Shown here: positions 1-9,703 of the stretch, piece after piece
Layout of the letters: each line of letters starts with the position of its first letter
Numbering within the stretch: the stretch's first letter is position 1
Source: Candidatus Zixiibacteriota bacterium
GTDB lineage: Bacteria > Zixibacteria > MSB-5A5 > DSPP01
NCBI GenBank assembly: GCA_022614805.1
Contig: JAKEHY010000024.1
Span: 1,844 to 65,843 of the forward strand
DNA: 64,000 nt
Direction: 5' to 3'
The notes under the pieces: generated by a model
Database searches by the model: none
The model's input: only the letters and a program-made list of their open reading frames with translations
What the model was told of the DNA's origin: nothing
Position numbers and translations under genes: made by a program

Positions 1-22
1 GGATAAAAAGGGGCAAAGCATA

Positions 23-2470
23 ATGGCCAGGGAAGAAGTAAAGCTGGAAGATGAGGGACTGAAAAAAGAGTTTGGCGGACTGCCGGTTCTGCCTACCCGG
101 GGGGTGGTGGTTTTCCCGGCCTTTTTGACCCCCCTGATGGTCTCCGACCAGCGTTACGCCCGGCTGATTGACGAGGCGGTGATGGCGGGGCGGGCCATCG
201 GACTTTTTTCCCAAAAAAACGAGGAGGAGGAAACGGTCGCCCCGGACGGGATTTACACGGTCGGCACCCTGGGGCAGGTCATCAAGATGCTGCGCTTTCC
301 GGACGGTTCGGTCCGTTTTTTGGTGCAGGGGCTTTCCCGCATCCGGCTCAAGAAATTCGTTAAAACCGAGCCGTACTTCACAGCCGAGGTGGAGGAAATC
401 CCCGAGCGTTTCGAAAAAACGGTCGAAGTCGAGGCCCTGGTGCGCAACATCACGGATTCCGTCAAAAAAATCGTCGGTTTGGCCCCCTACCTTTCCGAAG
501 AGCTGCAGATTTCCGCTTTGAACACGGAAGACCCCGGCAAACTGGCCGACTTGGTGGCCAATTCGCTCAATCTGCCGGTGGCCCAGAAACAGGAGGTCTT
601 GGAAACCTACGACATCCGGGAGCGGCTGTTCAAGGTGCATAAAATCCTGCTCAAGGAATCGGAGGTTTTGGAGCTTTCCCGCAAAATCCAATCCGAAGCC
701 GCCTCCGAGATGGGAAAATCGCAGAAGGAATACATCCTGCGGGAGCAGTTGAAGGCCATCCAGAAGGAACTGGGGGAATCGGACGAGCGCACCGCCGAGC
801 AGGAAGAATTCACCAAAAAAATCGAGGCGGCCAAAATGCCGCCGGTGGCCTTGGAGGCGGCCCAAAAGGAGCTGGAGCGGCTTTCCAAAATGAACCCGGC
901 CTCGGCGGAATACATCGTCTCCCGCAACTATCTGGACTGGCTGGTGGTGCTCCCCTGGAGCCGCTCGACCACCGACGTTTTAGACATCAAGCAGGCCAAA
1001 AAAATTCTGGACGAGGACCATTTCAATCTGGAAAAGGTCAAAGACCGGATTTTGGAGTTTTTGGCGGTGCGCAAGCTGAAAGAGACGCTCAAAGGGCCCA
1101 TACTCTGCTTCGTCGGCCCGCCCGGCGTCGGCAAAACTTCCCTGGGGCGTTCCATCGCCCGGGCGATGGGGCGGAAGTTTTCGCGCATTTCCCTCGGAGG
1201 GATGCATGACGAGGCGGAAATTCGCGGCCACCGCCGCACCTATGTTGGCTCCCTGCCGGGGCGCATCGTTCAAGAATTGCGCCGCTCGGAGGCCAACAAC
1301 CCAGTTTTTATGCTGGATGAAATCGACAAGGTGGGGCAGGATTTTCGGGGCGACCCGGCTTCCGCCCTGCTCGAGGTCTTGGACCCGGAGCAGAACAACA
1401 CCTTTTCCGACCATTACCTGGACGTCCCCTTTGATTTGTCGCGGGTGCTTTTCATCACCACCGCGAACTATCTGGACCCGATTCCGGGGGTTTTGCGCGA
1501 CCGGATGGAGGTCATCGAGCTGCCGGGCTACACCGATTTGGAAAAAATCGCCATCGCCAAAAAATTTCTCATTCCGCGCGAGCTGGAAAACCACGGACTC
1601 AAGCCCGACCAGCTCGAAATCAAAGAAGAAGCCTTGAAGAGAATCGTGCGGGATTACACCCGCGAAGCGGGGCTGCGGAATTTAGACCGCTATTTAGCTA
1701 CCCTCTGCCGCAAGGCGGCCAAAAAAGTGGCCGCCGAGGAGGAAAAGAGAATCATCGTAACCGGCGAGAATTTGTCCGACTTCCTCGGCGCCGCCCGTTA
1801 CTATCCGGAGCTTTCCACCCGCACGTCGCAGATGGGGGTGGTTCCCGGCTTGGCCTGGACCCCTTCCGGCGGAGAGATTCTGTTTATCGAAGCGACCAAG
1901 ATGCGCGGCAAGAAAAATCTGACTTTGACCGGCAATCTGGGGGACGTGATGCGGGAATCGGCCCAGGCGGCCCTTTCCTACCTGCGCTCCTCGGCCAAAA
2001 AATACGGCATTCCGGAGGATTTCTTCGAGCATTTCGACATCCACCTGCACGTGCCGGAGGGGGCCATTCCCAAGGACGGCCCTTCCGCCGGCATCACGAT
2101 GGTCACCGCTCTGGCTTCTCTTTTTGCGGAATTGCCGGTGAAGCCGTATTTGGCGATGACCGGCGAAATCACGTTGCGCGGGCTGGTGCTTCCCATCGGC
2201 GGGTTGAAGGAAAAATGCATGGCGGCCCACCGGGCCGGGATTAAGACCGTGATTTTGCCGGAGCAGAACAAAAAGGATTTTGAGGATATGCCGCTGGAGA
2301 TAAAAAAGGACGTCAAATTCGTATTCGTGTCCACCATCGACGAAGCGCTGGAGGAAGCCATCGATTTTCCCAAGGACAAGCCCAAAAAACTGCCTCGGGT
2401 TACCGTTTCCACCCGCAAAAACGGAAAAACCATCTCCGCCCGCGTTCCGGTCGCCGTCAAAGCGAAGTGA
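23..2470 (+). CDS. lon: ATP-dependent protease La (Lon)
   Basis: 815 aa. N-terminal LON substrate-binding region, Walker A GPPGVGKTS, and C-terminal proteolytic domain with the conserved PKDGPSAG Ser motif. RBS-like AAAAAGGGG lies upstream of ATG at 23. Confidence 0.93.
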   Translation: MAREEVKLEDEGLKKEFGGLPVLPTRGVVVFPAFLTPLMVSDQRYARLIDEAVMAGRAIGLFSQKNEEEETVAPDGIYTVGTLGQVIKMLRFPDGSVRFLVQGLSRIRLKKFVKTEPYFTAEVEEIPERFEKTVEVEALVRNITDSVKKIVGLAPYLSEELQISALNTEDPGKLADLVANSLNLPVAQKQEVLETYDIRERLFKVHKILLKESEVLELSRKIQSEAASEMGKSQKEYILREQLKAIQKELGESDERTAEQEEFTKKIEAAKMPPVALEAAQKELERLSKMNPASAEYIVSRNYLDWLVVLPWSRSTTDVLDIKQAKKILDEDHFNLEKVKDRILEFLAVRKLKETLKGPILCFVGPPGVGKTSLGRSIARAMGRKFSRISLGGMHDEAEIRGHRRTYVGSLPGRIVQELRRSEANNPVFMLDEIDKVGQDFRGDPASALLEVLDPEQNNTFSDHYLDVPFDLSRVLFITTANYLDPIPGVLRDRMEVIELPGYTDLEKIAIAKKFLIPRELENHGLKPDQLEIKEEALKRIVRDYTREAGLRNLDRYLATLCRKAAKKVAAEEEKRIIVTGENLSDFLGAARYYPELSTRTSQMGVVPGLAWTPSGGEILFIEATKMRGKKNLTLTGNLGDVMRESAQAALSYLRSSAKKYGIPEDFFEHFDIHLHVPEGAIPKDGPSAGITMVTALASLFAELPVKPYLAMTGEITLRGLVLPIGGLKEKCMAAHRAGIKTVILPEQNKKDFEDMPLEIKKDVKFVFVSTIDEALEEAIDFPKDKPKKLPRVTVSTRKNGKTISARVPVAVKAK

Positions 2471-2497
2471 GGTGCTTCTCAAACCGTCTCTACATTT

Positions 2498-2516
2498 CCT
2501 CCCTTTGTAGGGGAGG
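2498..2516. repeat. GC-rich hairpin CCTCCC-TTTGTA-GGGGAGG (type-1 member of intergenic hairpin family)
   Basis: Lies 28 nt after the lon stop. Reverse strand reads CCTCCCCTACAAAGGGAGG, which contains the family motif CCCCTACAAA. Confidence 0.45.
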
Positions 2517-2578
2517 ACCAAGGTGGAGTTAAAATTCCCGCTCAACGCTTCTCCTTTTTTACCGATATAACTAATAGA

Positions 2579-3364
2579 ATGCGGAAACTTATCCTAAGCG
2601 CACCGGGGTTGGCTATCCTCATTTTTTTGACTCTTGCCGGCTGCAACTCCCGCGGCGGTGGCAGCACCGGCCCGGGGGACAACGCCCCCTTCAAAATACA
2701 CGGTATTTTCGCGCGGGATGCCAATTTGACCAACGACAGGGATAAGGCCTATTTTGAATTAACCCGCAACGACACCCTTTTCAATCTGGCTGCCTTTACG
2801 CTTGATACTTTCAAGGTGGATACGACCATTTTTACCACCTATTACCGCCAATCCCCGCCCAACTTTCTGCGTCCGGCACAGAACCATGTCATACATTTAG
2901 TCTATTCCCCAAACACCCTAGATCTCACGACCTCACTTTTTATGCCGGACTCTTTCTTTATTTCTTCAATTACAGGGATTAATCCGGATCATACAAATCC
3001 AGGGGGCACGCAGCAGGCCAACGTAAACTGGACTGCTTCGGCTAACGCGACAGGCTACATTGTGGCTGTCGTTCATGACAGCGCCGCACTATCGAGTCAA
3101 ATCGACACGAGTTTCTTTCCCGATTTTGCCACTTCCACAAGCATACCGCTGGCTGCTTACCGGGATGCGAACAATCAATTGAGAACCGGTCTTTATAGAA
3201 TCTACTTGGTTGCCTTCCGTGGCGGACTTTTGCCTTTTTCCGGACAATCTTTTCCCCTGCCTCCCAATTATTCCGTTGCGGACACGAATTACTCTTTGAC
3301 CGTTGCAGGGAGGATAGTTTCAGCGTTTGTAGCCAAGTACGACACAATCCGTGTTCTTCCGTAA
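2579..3364 (+). CDS. hypothetical lipoprotein
   Basis: 261 aa. Signal peptide with lipobox LTLAGC followed by Gly-rich linker. No recognisable catalytic motifs. Confidence 0.5.
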   Translation: MRKLILSAPGLAILIFLTLAGCNSRGGGSTGPGDNAPFKIHGIFARDANLTNDRDKAYFELTRNDTLFNLAAFTLDTFKVDTTIFTTYYRQSPPNFLRPAQNHVIHLVYSPNTLDLTTSLFMPDSFFISSITGINPDHTNPGGTQQANVNWTASANATGYIVAVVHDSAALSSQIDTSFFPDFATSTSIPLAAYRDANNQLRTGLYRIYLVAFRGGLLPFSGQSFPLPPNYSVADTNYSLTVAGRIVSAFVAKYDTIRVLP

Positions 3365-3517
3365 CACCCTACCTAAGTAATCCAATTGTTTTTGCTGTAA
3401 GCTTCATTTCAACGACCTCCCCGTTTCAAATTCCCCTACTTTTTTTCCCTCAAAATTTTATATCTTACCCCAAGAGGGCAAATTATGCAGGTAGCGACAG
3501 CGTAGAAAGTAGAGGAT

Positions 3518-5641
3518 ATGGCGACGGCAAAGCAGACAATCGGGAAAACAGTGGCCGGGTGGCCGGCGGAGAAATTGTTGGAAATCTATCGGCTGATGTA
3601 TCTGTCCCGCCGGCTGGACGACAAGGAAATCACCCTAAAAAAGCAGAACAAAATATTTTTCCAAATCTCCGGCGCCGGGCACGAAGCGATTCTGGTCGCC
3701 GCCGGGCTGGCCTTGCGCCCCGGCTATGACTGGTTTTATCCCTACTACCGCGACCGGGGGCTGGTTCTTGCGCTCGGAATGACCCCCACCGAGGTCTTGA
3801 TGGAGGCCACCGGCTCCGCCGCCGACCCGAACTCCGGCGGACGGCAGATGCCCTGCCACTGGGGACATAAAAAGCTGAACATCGTCAACCAATCCTCGCC
3901 CACCGGAACGCAGTTTCTGCAGGCGGTCGGCTGCGCCAAAGCCACCCGCTACTACGCCGAAGTTTTGGGAGCGGAAGATAGGCCCTCCAATTTCCATCCG
4001 GACGAAATCACCTATGTTTCCGGCGGGGACGGCGCCACTTCCGAAGGGGAATTCTGGGAGGCGCTCAACTATGCCTGCCTTTACCGGTTGCCGGTGCTGT
4101 TTCTAATCGAGGACAACGACTATGCCATCTCCGTCCCGAAAGAGTTTCAGACGGCCGGCGGCTCGATTTCCAAGTTAGTCGCCAACTTCCCCTCCCTTTT
4201 CATCAAAGAAGTGGACGGCTGCGACCCATTGAAAAGCTACGAGGCGATTAAGGAGGCGGAGCGCCATCTCCGCGAAGGGCGCGGCCCGGCTCTGGTGCAC
4301 GCCCACGTCATCCGCCCTTATTCCCATTCGCTGTCGGACGTGCAGGCGGACTACCGCGCCCCCAAGGAAATTCAGGAGGAAAACGCCCGCGACCCGATTT
4401 TGACCTTCGCCAACTTTTTGGTCAAAGAAAAAGTGCTGACCGAAGCGGAGCTGGCCCAGCTGAAAGAGGAAGTGGATGCCGAAATCGACCAGGCGGCGGA
4501 TGAGGCGCTTGCCTCCCCCCAACCGGCGCCGGAAACGGCCGAGCTGTATGTCTATTCTCCCGATATCGACCCGACTTCAAAAGAGTTCGAATCGGAGCCG
4601 AAATTCAAAGAGGGAACGCAGCCGCTGACGCTGGTCGCCGCCATCAACACCTGCCTGAAAGAGGAGATGGCCCGCAACAAAAAAGTTCTGATTTACGGCG
4701 AAGACGTGGCCGACTGCTCCCGTGCTGAAAGTCTTAACCTCGTCCCCGGCAAGGGAGGGGTTTTCAAAGTAACCATCGGGCTGCAAAAAGCGTTCGGCGA
4801 AGGGCGGGCCTTCAATTCTCCCCTGGCGGAAGCCACCATCGTCGGCACGGCCGTGGGAATGGCCACGCGCGGGCTGAAGCCGGTCGTTGAAATTCAATTC
4901 TTCGACTACATCTGGCCGGCGATGATGCAGATGGTTAACGAATGGTCGAAAATGCGCTGGCGCTCCAACAACGCCAATTCCTCCCCGGCCATCATCCGGG
5001 TTCCTTTCGGCGGCTATTTGCACGGCGGCTCGGTGTACCATTCCCAATCGGGCGAGTCGATTTTCGCCCACATCCCCGGCATCCGCATCCTTTTTCCGTC
5101 CAATGCGCTCGATGCCAAGGGGCTTTTGCGCACCGCCATCCGCACGGACGACCCGGTTCTGTTTTTGGAGCACAAGCATCTCTACCGACAGCCCTACAAC
5201 CGCACCCCTGACCCCGGACCGGATTTCACCATCCCTTTCGGCCGCGCCCGAATCACCAAGCCGGGGAAAAACGTCACTTTGATTACCTACGGCGCTTTGG
5301 TTTACCGCTCCGAGCAGGCGGCGGCGGAAGCGCTGGAGCGCGGCATCGAAGTGGAGGTCATCGATTTGCGCACGATTATGCCCTACGACTGGGAAGCCAT
5401 CGCTGCCTCGGTGAAAAAGACCGGCAAGGTGGTGGTGGCGCACGAGGATGTTTTGACCTGCGGCTTTGGCGCCGAAATCGCCGCCCGGATTGCGCAAGAG
5501 CTTTTCGACTATCTGGACGCCCCTGTCACCCGCGTCGGCGCGCTGGACACCCCCGTCGGCTACGCCCCCTTCTTGGAAGAAGCGATTTTGCCCAGCCCAA
5601 AGAAGGTGCTGAAGGCGATTTTGGACGTGGCGGAATATTAA
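3518..5641 (+). CDS. 2-oxoacid dehydrogenase E1 component, fused alpha/beta subunits (TPP-dependent)
   Basis: 707 aa. N-terminal half resembles E1 alpha (TPP-binding [15 protein letters not shown]). C-terminal half resembles E1 beta / transketolase pyrimidine-binding plus C-terminal domain. No E2/E3 genes adjacent. Confidence 0.8.
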   Translation: MATAKQTIGKTVAGWPAEKLLEIYRLMYLSRRLDDKEITLKKQNKIFFQISGAGHEAILVAAGLALRPGYDWFYPYYRDRGLVLALGMTPTEVLMEATGSAADPNSGGRQMPCHWGHKKLNIVNQSSPTGTQFLQAVGCAKATRYYAEVLGAEDRPSNFHPDEITYVSGGDGATSEGEFWEALNYACLYRLPVLFLIEDNDYAISVPKEFQTAGGSISKLVANFPSLFIKEVDGCDPLKSYEAIKEAERHLREGRGPALVHAHVIRPYSHSLSDVQADYRAPKEIQEENARDPILTFANFLVKEKVLTEAELAQLKEEVDAEIDQAADEALASPQPAPETAELYVYSPDIDPTSKEFESEPKFKEGTQPLTLVAAINTCLKEEMARNKKVLIYGEDVADCSRAESLNLVPGKGGVFKVTIGLQKAFGEGRAFNSPLAEATIVGTAVGMATRGLKPVVEIQFFDYIWPAMMQMVNEWSKMRWRSNNANSSPAIIRVPFGGYLHGGSVYHSQSGESIFAHIPGIRILFPSNALDAKGLLRTAIRTDDPVLFLEHKHLYRQPYNRTPDPGPDFTIPFGRARITKPGKNVTLITYGALVYRSEQAAAEALERGIEVEVIDLRTIMPYDWEAIAASVKKTGKVVVAHEDVLTCGFGAEIAARIAQELFDYLDAPVTRVGALDTPVGYAPFLEEAILPSPKKVLKAILDVAEY

Positions 5642-5643
5642 AG

Positions 5644-6264
5644 ATGGCTACTGAAGAAGATCAAAAACTAATTGAAGGGATTCTCTCCGCAAAGGAGCCG
5701 CTCAACAAAGGCATTTGTTGGGAAGAATGGGATGAACGTGAAAATGCGATTGACTCTTTGGAACAAGTTGCAGAATATCTAGATGAAAAATATGTGAATC
5801 GTCGGTTAAAACGCGTCTCAATTGCGCTTGATCATGCTTTTTATTCATTCACTATTTGTGCTATAAAGGGGACAAACTACGAACAAGTTCTTAAAGATAA
5901 AGGTAGCGATTTAATAGGTTTTTGGACGTCTTTAGAGCGGCTCGAAGCTCAGCCGGGAAGATTCGTGTTTAGTGTGCCTGTAGTTATTACCGATGAGCAA
6001 AAGAAATATATAGGAATTATTCATAATTTCGCGAACGATTTCAAACATTTTGTCCCGATGAGTTATCTCATCAAGTTAGAAAAGTTTCCAGAAGCAGTTA
6101 ACAGCGTCATTCAGGTAATCAAGTCAATTTATAGCTCCGGAGACTTTCCCGTTTATCATCTTTCAACTGAACAAAAAGTAAGGGTTCAATCGATTTTTGA
6201 TAAAATAGCCTCTTCTACACTCAGATGGAAAGAGCAAATTGGGGCAGTTTCGAAACTTGCCTAA
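5644..6264 (+). CDS. hypothetical protein, first gene of low-GC islet
   Basis: 206 aa ORF with AT-rich codon usage unlike its neighbours. ATG lies 2 nt after the E1 stop. No domain recognised by eye. Confidence 0.5.
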   Translation: MATEEDQKLIEGILSAKEPLNKGICWEEWDERENAIDSLEQVAEYLDEKYVNRRLKRVSIALDHAFYSFTICAIKGTNYEQVLKDKGSDLIGFWTSLERLEAQPGRFVFSVPVVITDEQKKYIGIIHNFANDFKHFVPMSYLIKLEKFPEAVNSVIQVIKSIYSSGDFPVYHLSTEQKVRVQSIFDKIASSTLRWKEQIGAVSKLA

Positions 6265-6302
6265 GCCACTATAGCGCAAAACATAAACAGCGAGATGATC
6301 TA

Positions 6303-7094
6303 ATGAGAAGACCAGAATACCAAAATTTTGGGCTTTCACCGAACCGTTCAGAGGAGATTCGGAGAACGGTATCACTTTTTGTAGGAAAGAAGGAAACTTT
6401 AATCGGTATACAAAAATCTCTCAAATATATATTGCTGACACTACTTTTAGTTTATGCGGCTTCTTTTCTATGGAACACTTCGGATAATTTCGTTAGTCGC
6501 ACGAAAATTTTTATAGCGTTGGCGATTGTACCGTTTGTAGTTTATTCGGCTCTTCATTTTATTCTCCCGCGCCAACTTGAAAAGTATAACCCTGAGAATG
6601 TTCCCGGCTATAAAGAACTGAAAGCTTTTGAAGTCGAAGTTAAGAAGTATGACCAAGAGCAAAGAAGATATGAAGAGGAGCAAAGGAGACTCGAATTAGA
6701 AAAAAGAGAGTTAGCGGAGTTAAAAAGAAAACGGTTTTGGCTCGAGCAAGATGGTTATACCTTCGAAAAAAACATTGCTAAAGTTTTCGAACGGTTAGGG
6801 CATAAGGTTCGACTTACCAAAAGTTCTGGAGATGAGGGAGTTGATATTTTTGTAGATGATGACAAAATAGTCCAATGCAAAGCAACCAGGTCACAAATTG
6901 CACCTGCAATTGTAAGAGATTTGTACGGAACTATGCGTGACAAAAAGGCAAAAAAGGGTATAATAGTGTCGACCGGTGGATTTTCCTCCGGGTGCTATGG
7001 ATTTGTTGCTAGACATAAAAACATTCAACTGTGGGATTTGAATAAACTGCTTGAAGTAGCCGGAAAATTGGGCGTAGGATATAAAGATAATTAA
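6303..7094 (+). CDS. membrane-anchored Mrr-type restriction endonuclease domain (PD-(D/E)xK) protein
   Basis: About 263 aa from the ATG at 6303 (ORF track gives an alternative start at 6225). Two predicted TM helices, then a charged coiled-coil (EQRRYEEEQRRLELEKRELAELKRKR). C-terminal Mrr_cat-like core: FEKNIAKVFERLGHKV..SSGDEGVDIFV..IVQCKATRSQIAPAIVRDLYGTM..GIIVSTGGFSSG. Low GC. Confidence 0.7.
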   Translation: MRRPEYQNFGLSPNRSEEIRRTVSLFVGKKETLIGIQKSLKYILLTLLLVYAASFLWNTSDNFVSRTKIFIALAIVPFVVYSALHFILPRQLEKYNPENVPGYKELKAFEVEVKKYDQEQRRYEEEQRRLELEKRELAELKRKRFWLEQDGYTFEKNIAKVFERLGHKVRLTKSSGDEGVDIFVDDDKIVQCKATRSQIAPAIVRDLYGTMRDKKAKKGIIVSTGGFSSGCYGFVARHKNIQLWDLNKLLEVAGKLGVGYKDN

Positions 7095-7210
7095 GACATA
7101 TCATTAGATTTCGAAGAGCTAGGCATACCTCGTTCCTACCTTTCTCCCTATCCCATAGCTGCAAAATACCCCTTGCCGTTTGAGCGGCTTCCGATTTCTT
7201 TGAAGGGACT

Positions 7211-9703
7211 ATGCAAGCCGTAATAATGGCCGGGGGGTTTGGCACCCGCTTGCGGCCGCTCACCGCCAACCGCCCCAAGCCGATGGTGCCGGTGGGCGGG
7301 GTGCCCTTGATGGAACAGGTCGTCCGGCTTTTGAAAAAGCATGGCTTTACCGAGGCCGTGGCTTTGGTTTTCTATCAGGCGGAGCAAATCAAGGAATATT
7401 TCAAGGACGGCAAGCGCTTTGGGCTGAAAATGACCTACCAACTGGCGGAAGCGGACTACGGCACGGCCGGGAGCGTCAAAAACGCTGCGGCGTTAATCAA
7501 AGGAGACTTTCTGGTCATCTCCGCCGACGTTTTGACCGACATCGATTTGACGGCGGCGGTGAAGTTTCACCGCGAAAAGGAGGCATCCGCCACGATTGTG
7601 CTCTCCCGGCAGGAAAACCCGCTCTCCTACGGCATCGTTCTGACCGATGAGGCGGGGAAAATCACCCGCTTTCTGGAAAAACCCTCCTGGGGGCAGGTTT
7701 TTTCCGACACCGTGAACACCGGCATTTACGTTTTGGACCGCGAGGTGTTGGAAAAAATTCCGGACCAGCAGGAATTCGACTTCAGCCAGAATCTCTTCCC
7801 AAAAATGCTGACCGAAAAAGCGCCCCTCTTCGGCTATGTAGCCAAAGGATATTGGAAGGACGTCGGCAACATTGACGAGTACTTCAAAGCGCATAGTGAC
7901 CTGTTGGCTGGCAAAGTTGAGATAGAAATGGCGGGAGATAAATCTAAAAAAGGAAATCTCTGGATTGGGGAGGGGGTGAAACTGGATGAAAGTGCCCAAA
8001 CCGAGGGGACGGTCTGCATCGGCGCCAAAAGCAAAATCGGCCCGAAGGTTTTTTTGAAAAACTCGATTCTCTCCCCCGGTGTGGCAATTGAAGATGAAGC
8101 CCGAATTGAGAACTCGATAATCTGGGAAAAAGCCGAAATCGGCAAAAAATCGAAAATCACCGGCGCCATCGTCGGGGCGGAGGTAAAAGTGGGGGAAGAA
8201 GCCGAAGTGGAGCAGGGGGTTTTGATTTCGGATGAAGCCCAAATCGGCGCCGGCGCGCGTATTTCCCCCAACGTCAAAATCTGGCCCGGAAAAAAAGTGG
8301 AGGAAAAGGCGGTGGTCACCGCCAATCTGGTCTGGGGAGAAAAGTGGAACCGGGAGCTTTTCACCGATTCCAAGGTGACCGGGCTGGCGAATCTGGAAAT
8401 CACACCGGAATTCGTGGTCAAGCTGGGGGCCGCTTTCGGCGCATTGTTGGGAAAAAATTCCACCGTCATCACCAGCCGGGACGCTTCGCCGGTTTCGCGG
8501 ATGATTAACCGCGCCGGGATATGCGGGTTGCTCTCCGCCGGGGCCAACGTGGAGGATTTGCGCCAGATGCCGATTCCCATCGTCCGCTTTCTGCTCAAAG
8601 CGGGCAAGGAGCGGGGGGGAATTTTCGTCCGCCACGCCCTCGCCGATTTGAAATCGACTGACATCGTTTTTTTCGACCAGGGGGGAATGGATTTGCCGGC
8701 TGCCAAAGTGAAATCGGTGGAGCGGCTCTTTTTCAGGGAGGATTTTCCCCGGGCGGAATGGAGCGAGGTGGGGCATCTCGATTTTCCCGTTCGGGTTCTG
8801 GAGGCCTACCGGCAGGAATTTTTGTCGCATTTGGATTTGGAGGCGATAAAAAAAGCCCGCTTCAAGGTAGTCATCGACTACTCCTATGGCTCCGGCTCGG
8901 AGGTCTTTCCCTCTCTTTTCGGCAGCTTGGGAATTGAAACCGTCTCGCTCAATTCCTACCCGGACGTCACCAAATTTTCGCCAACCGAGGAGGCCAAGGC
9001 CAAGGCCTTGGCCCAGCTTTCCTCCATCGTCCGCTCGGTGGAGGCCGATTTAGGGCTTTTGGTTGACCCCGGCGCGGAACGAATCGACCTGGTTGACTCG
9101 AACGGAGGGCAAATTGACCCGGACCGGTTGCTTTTGATTGTTACCGAAGTTTTTCTGGCGAGCAAGAAAGCTCCAAAAATTGCCGTGCCGGTGGTCGCCT
9201 CGATGGAAGCCGAGGAAATCGCCCAAAAGCATAGCGCGGATGTCGTCCGGGTCGGAAATGACCACCTTTCGATGATGAAAGCGGCACGTGAGAATTCGGT
9301 CGGGCTGGTGGGGGGCACCAAGGGAGGGTTCATTTTTCCCGAATTTCAGGTCGGGGCGGATTCGATGTTCGCCGCCGCCAAAATTCTGGAGCTTCTGGCC
9401 AAAAGGGGCAAAAGCCTCGCTGAACTGGCCCGGCAAATCGACCACTATCATCTTCTTTTCGACCGCGTTCCCTGTGCCTGGGGTAAAAAGGGGAAAGTGA
9501 TGCGGAAATTGATGAGTCACTCGGAAAAATCGGAACGCCAGCTTATCGACGGTGTGCGGATTTTGGGTGACGGCTTTTGGATTCTGGGCGCTCCCGACCG
9601 GCGGGAGGCCTATTTTAACCTTTTTGTGGAGGCGCGGGAGGAAAAGAAGGCCAAAAAATTGCTGGATGAATACAAAAAATTAGTCGAGGAATGGCAGAAA
9701 TGA
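7211..9703 (+). CDS. bifunctional sugar-1-phosphate nucleotidyltransferase / phosphomannomutase-like protein
   Basis: 830 aa. N-terminal NTP-transferase signature [20 protein letters not shown], central left-handed beta-helix hexapeptide repeats, and a C-terminal 400 aa alpha/beta region resembling PGM/PMM domains. The canonical TASHNP active-site motif is not evident. Confidence 0.65.
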   Translation: MQAVIMAGGFGTRLRPLTANRPKPMVPVGGVPLMEQVVRLLKKHGFTEAVALVFYQAEQIKEYFKDGKRFGLKMTYQLAEADYGTAGSVKNAAALIKGDFLVISADVLTDIDLTAAVKFHREKEASATIVLSRQENPLSYGIVLTDEAGKITRFLEKPSWGQVFSDTVNTGIYVLDREVLEKIPDQQEFDFSQNLFPKMLTEKAPLFGYVAKGYWKDVGNIDEYFKAHSDLLAGKVEIEMAGDKSKKGNLWIGEGVKLDESAQTEGTVCIGAKSKIGPKVFLKNSILSPGVAIEDEARIENSIIWEKAEIGKKSKITGAIVGAEVKVGEEAEVEQGVLISDEAQIGAGARISPNVKIWPGKKVEEKAVVTANLVWGEKWNRELFTDSKVTGLANLEITPEFVVKLGAAFGALLGKNSTVITSRDASPVSRMINRAGICGLLSAGANVEDLRQMPIPIVRFLLKAGKERGGIFVRHALADLKSTDIVFFDQGGMDLPAAKVKSVERLFFREDFPRAEWSEVGHLDFPVRVLEAYRQEFLSHLDLEAIKKARFKVVIDYSYGSGSEVFPSLFGSLGIETVSLNSYPDVTKFSPTEEAKAKALAQLSSIVRSVEADLGLLVDPGAERIDLVDSNGGQIDPDRLLLIVTEVFLASKKAPKIAVPVVASMEAEEIAQKHSADVVRVGNDHLSMMKAARENSVGLVGGTKGGFIFPEFQVGADSMFAAAKILELLAKRGKSLAELARQIDHYHLLFDRVPCAWGKKGKVMRKLMSHSEKSERQLIDGVRILGDGFWILGAPDRREAYFNLFVEAREEKKAKKLLDEYKKLVEEWQK

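Noticed and set aside
7493-8830. 445-aa and 290-aa ORFs antisense to the nucleotidyltransferase/PMM gene. Similar long antisense ORFs occur at 4577-5497, 13454-14644, 36856-37680, 38260-39480, 59140-59916 and 62741-63793.
   Set aside because: These are typical of high-GC DNA, where stop codons are rare on the non-coding strand. Their products are low-complexity (R/G/P/A-rich) with no motifs, and each lies fully inside a well-supported gene on the other strand.
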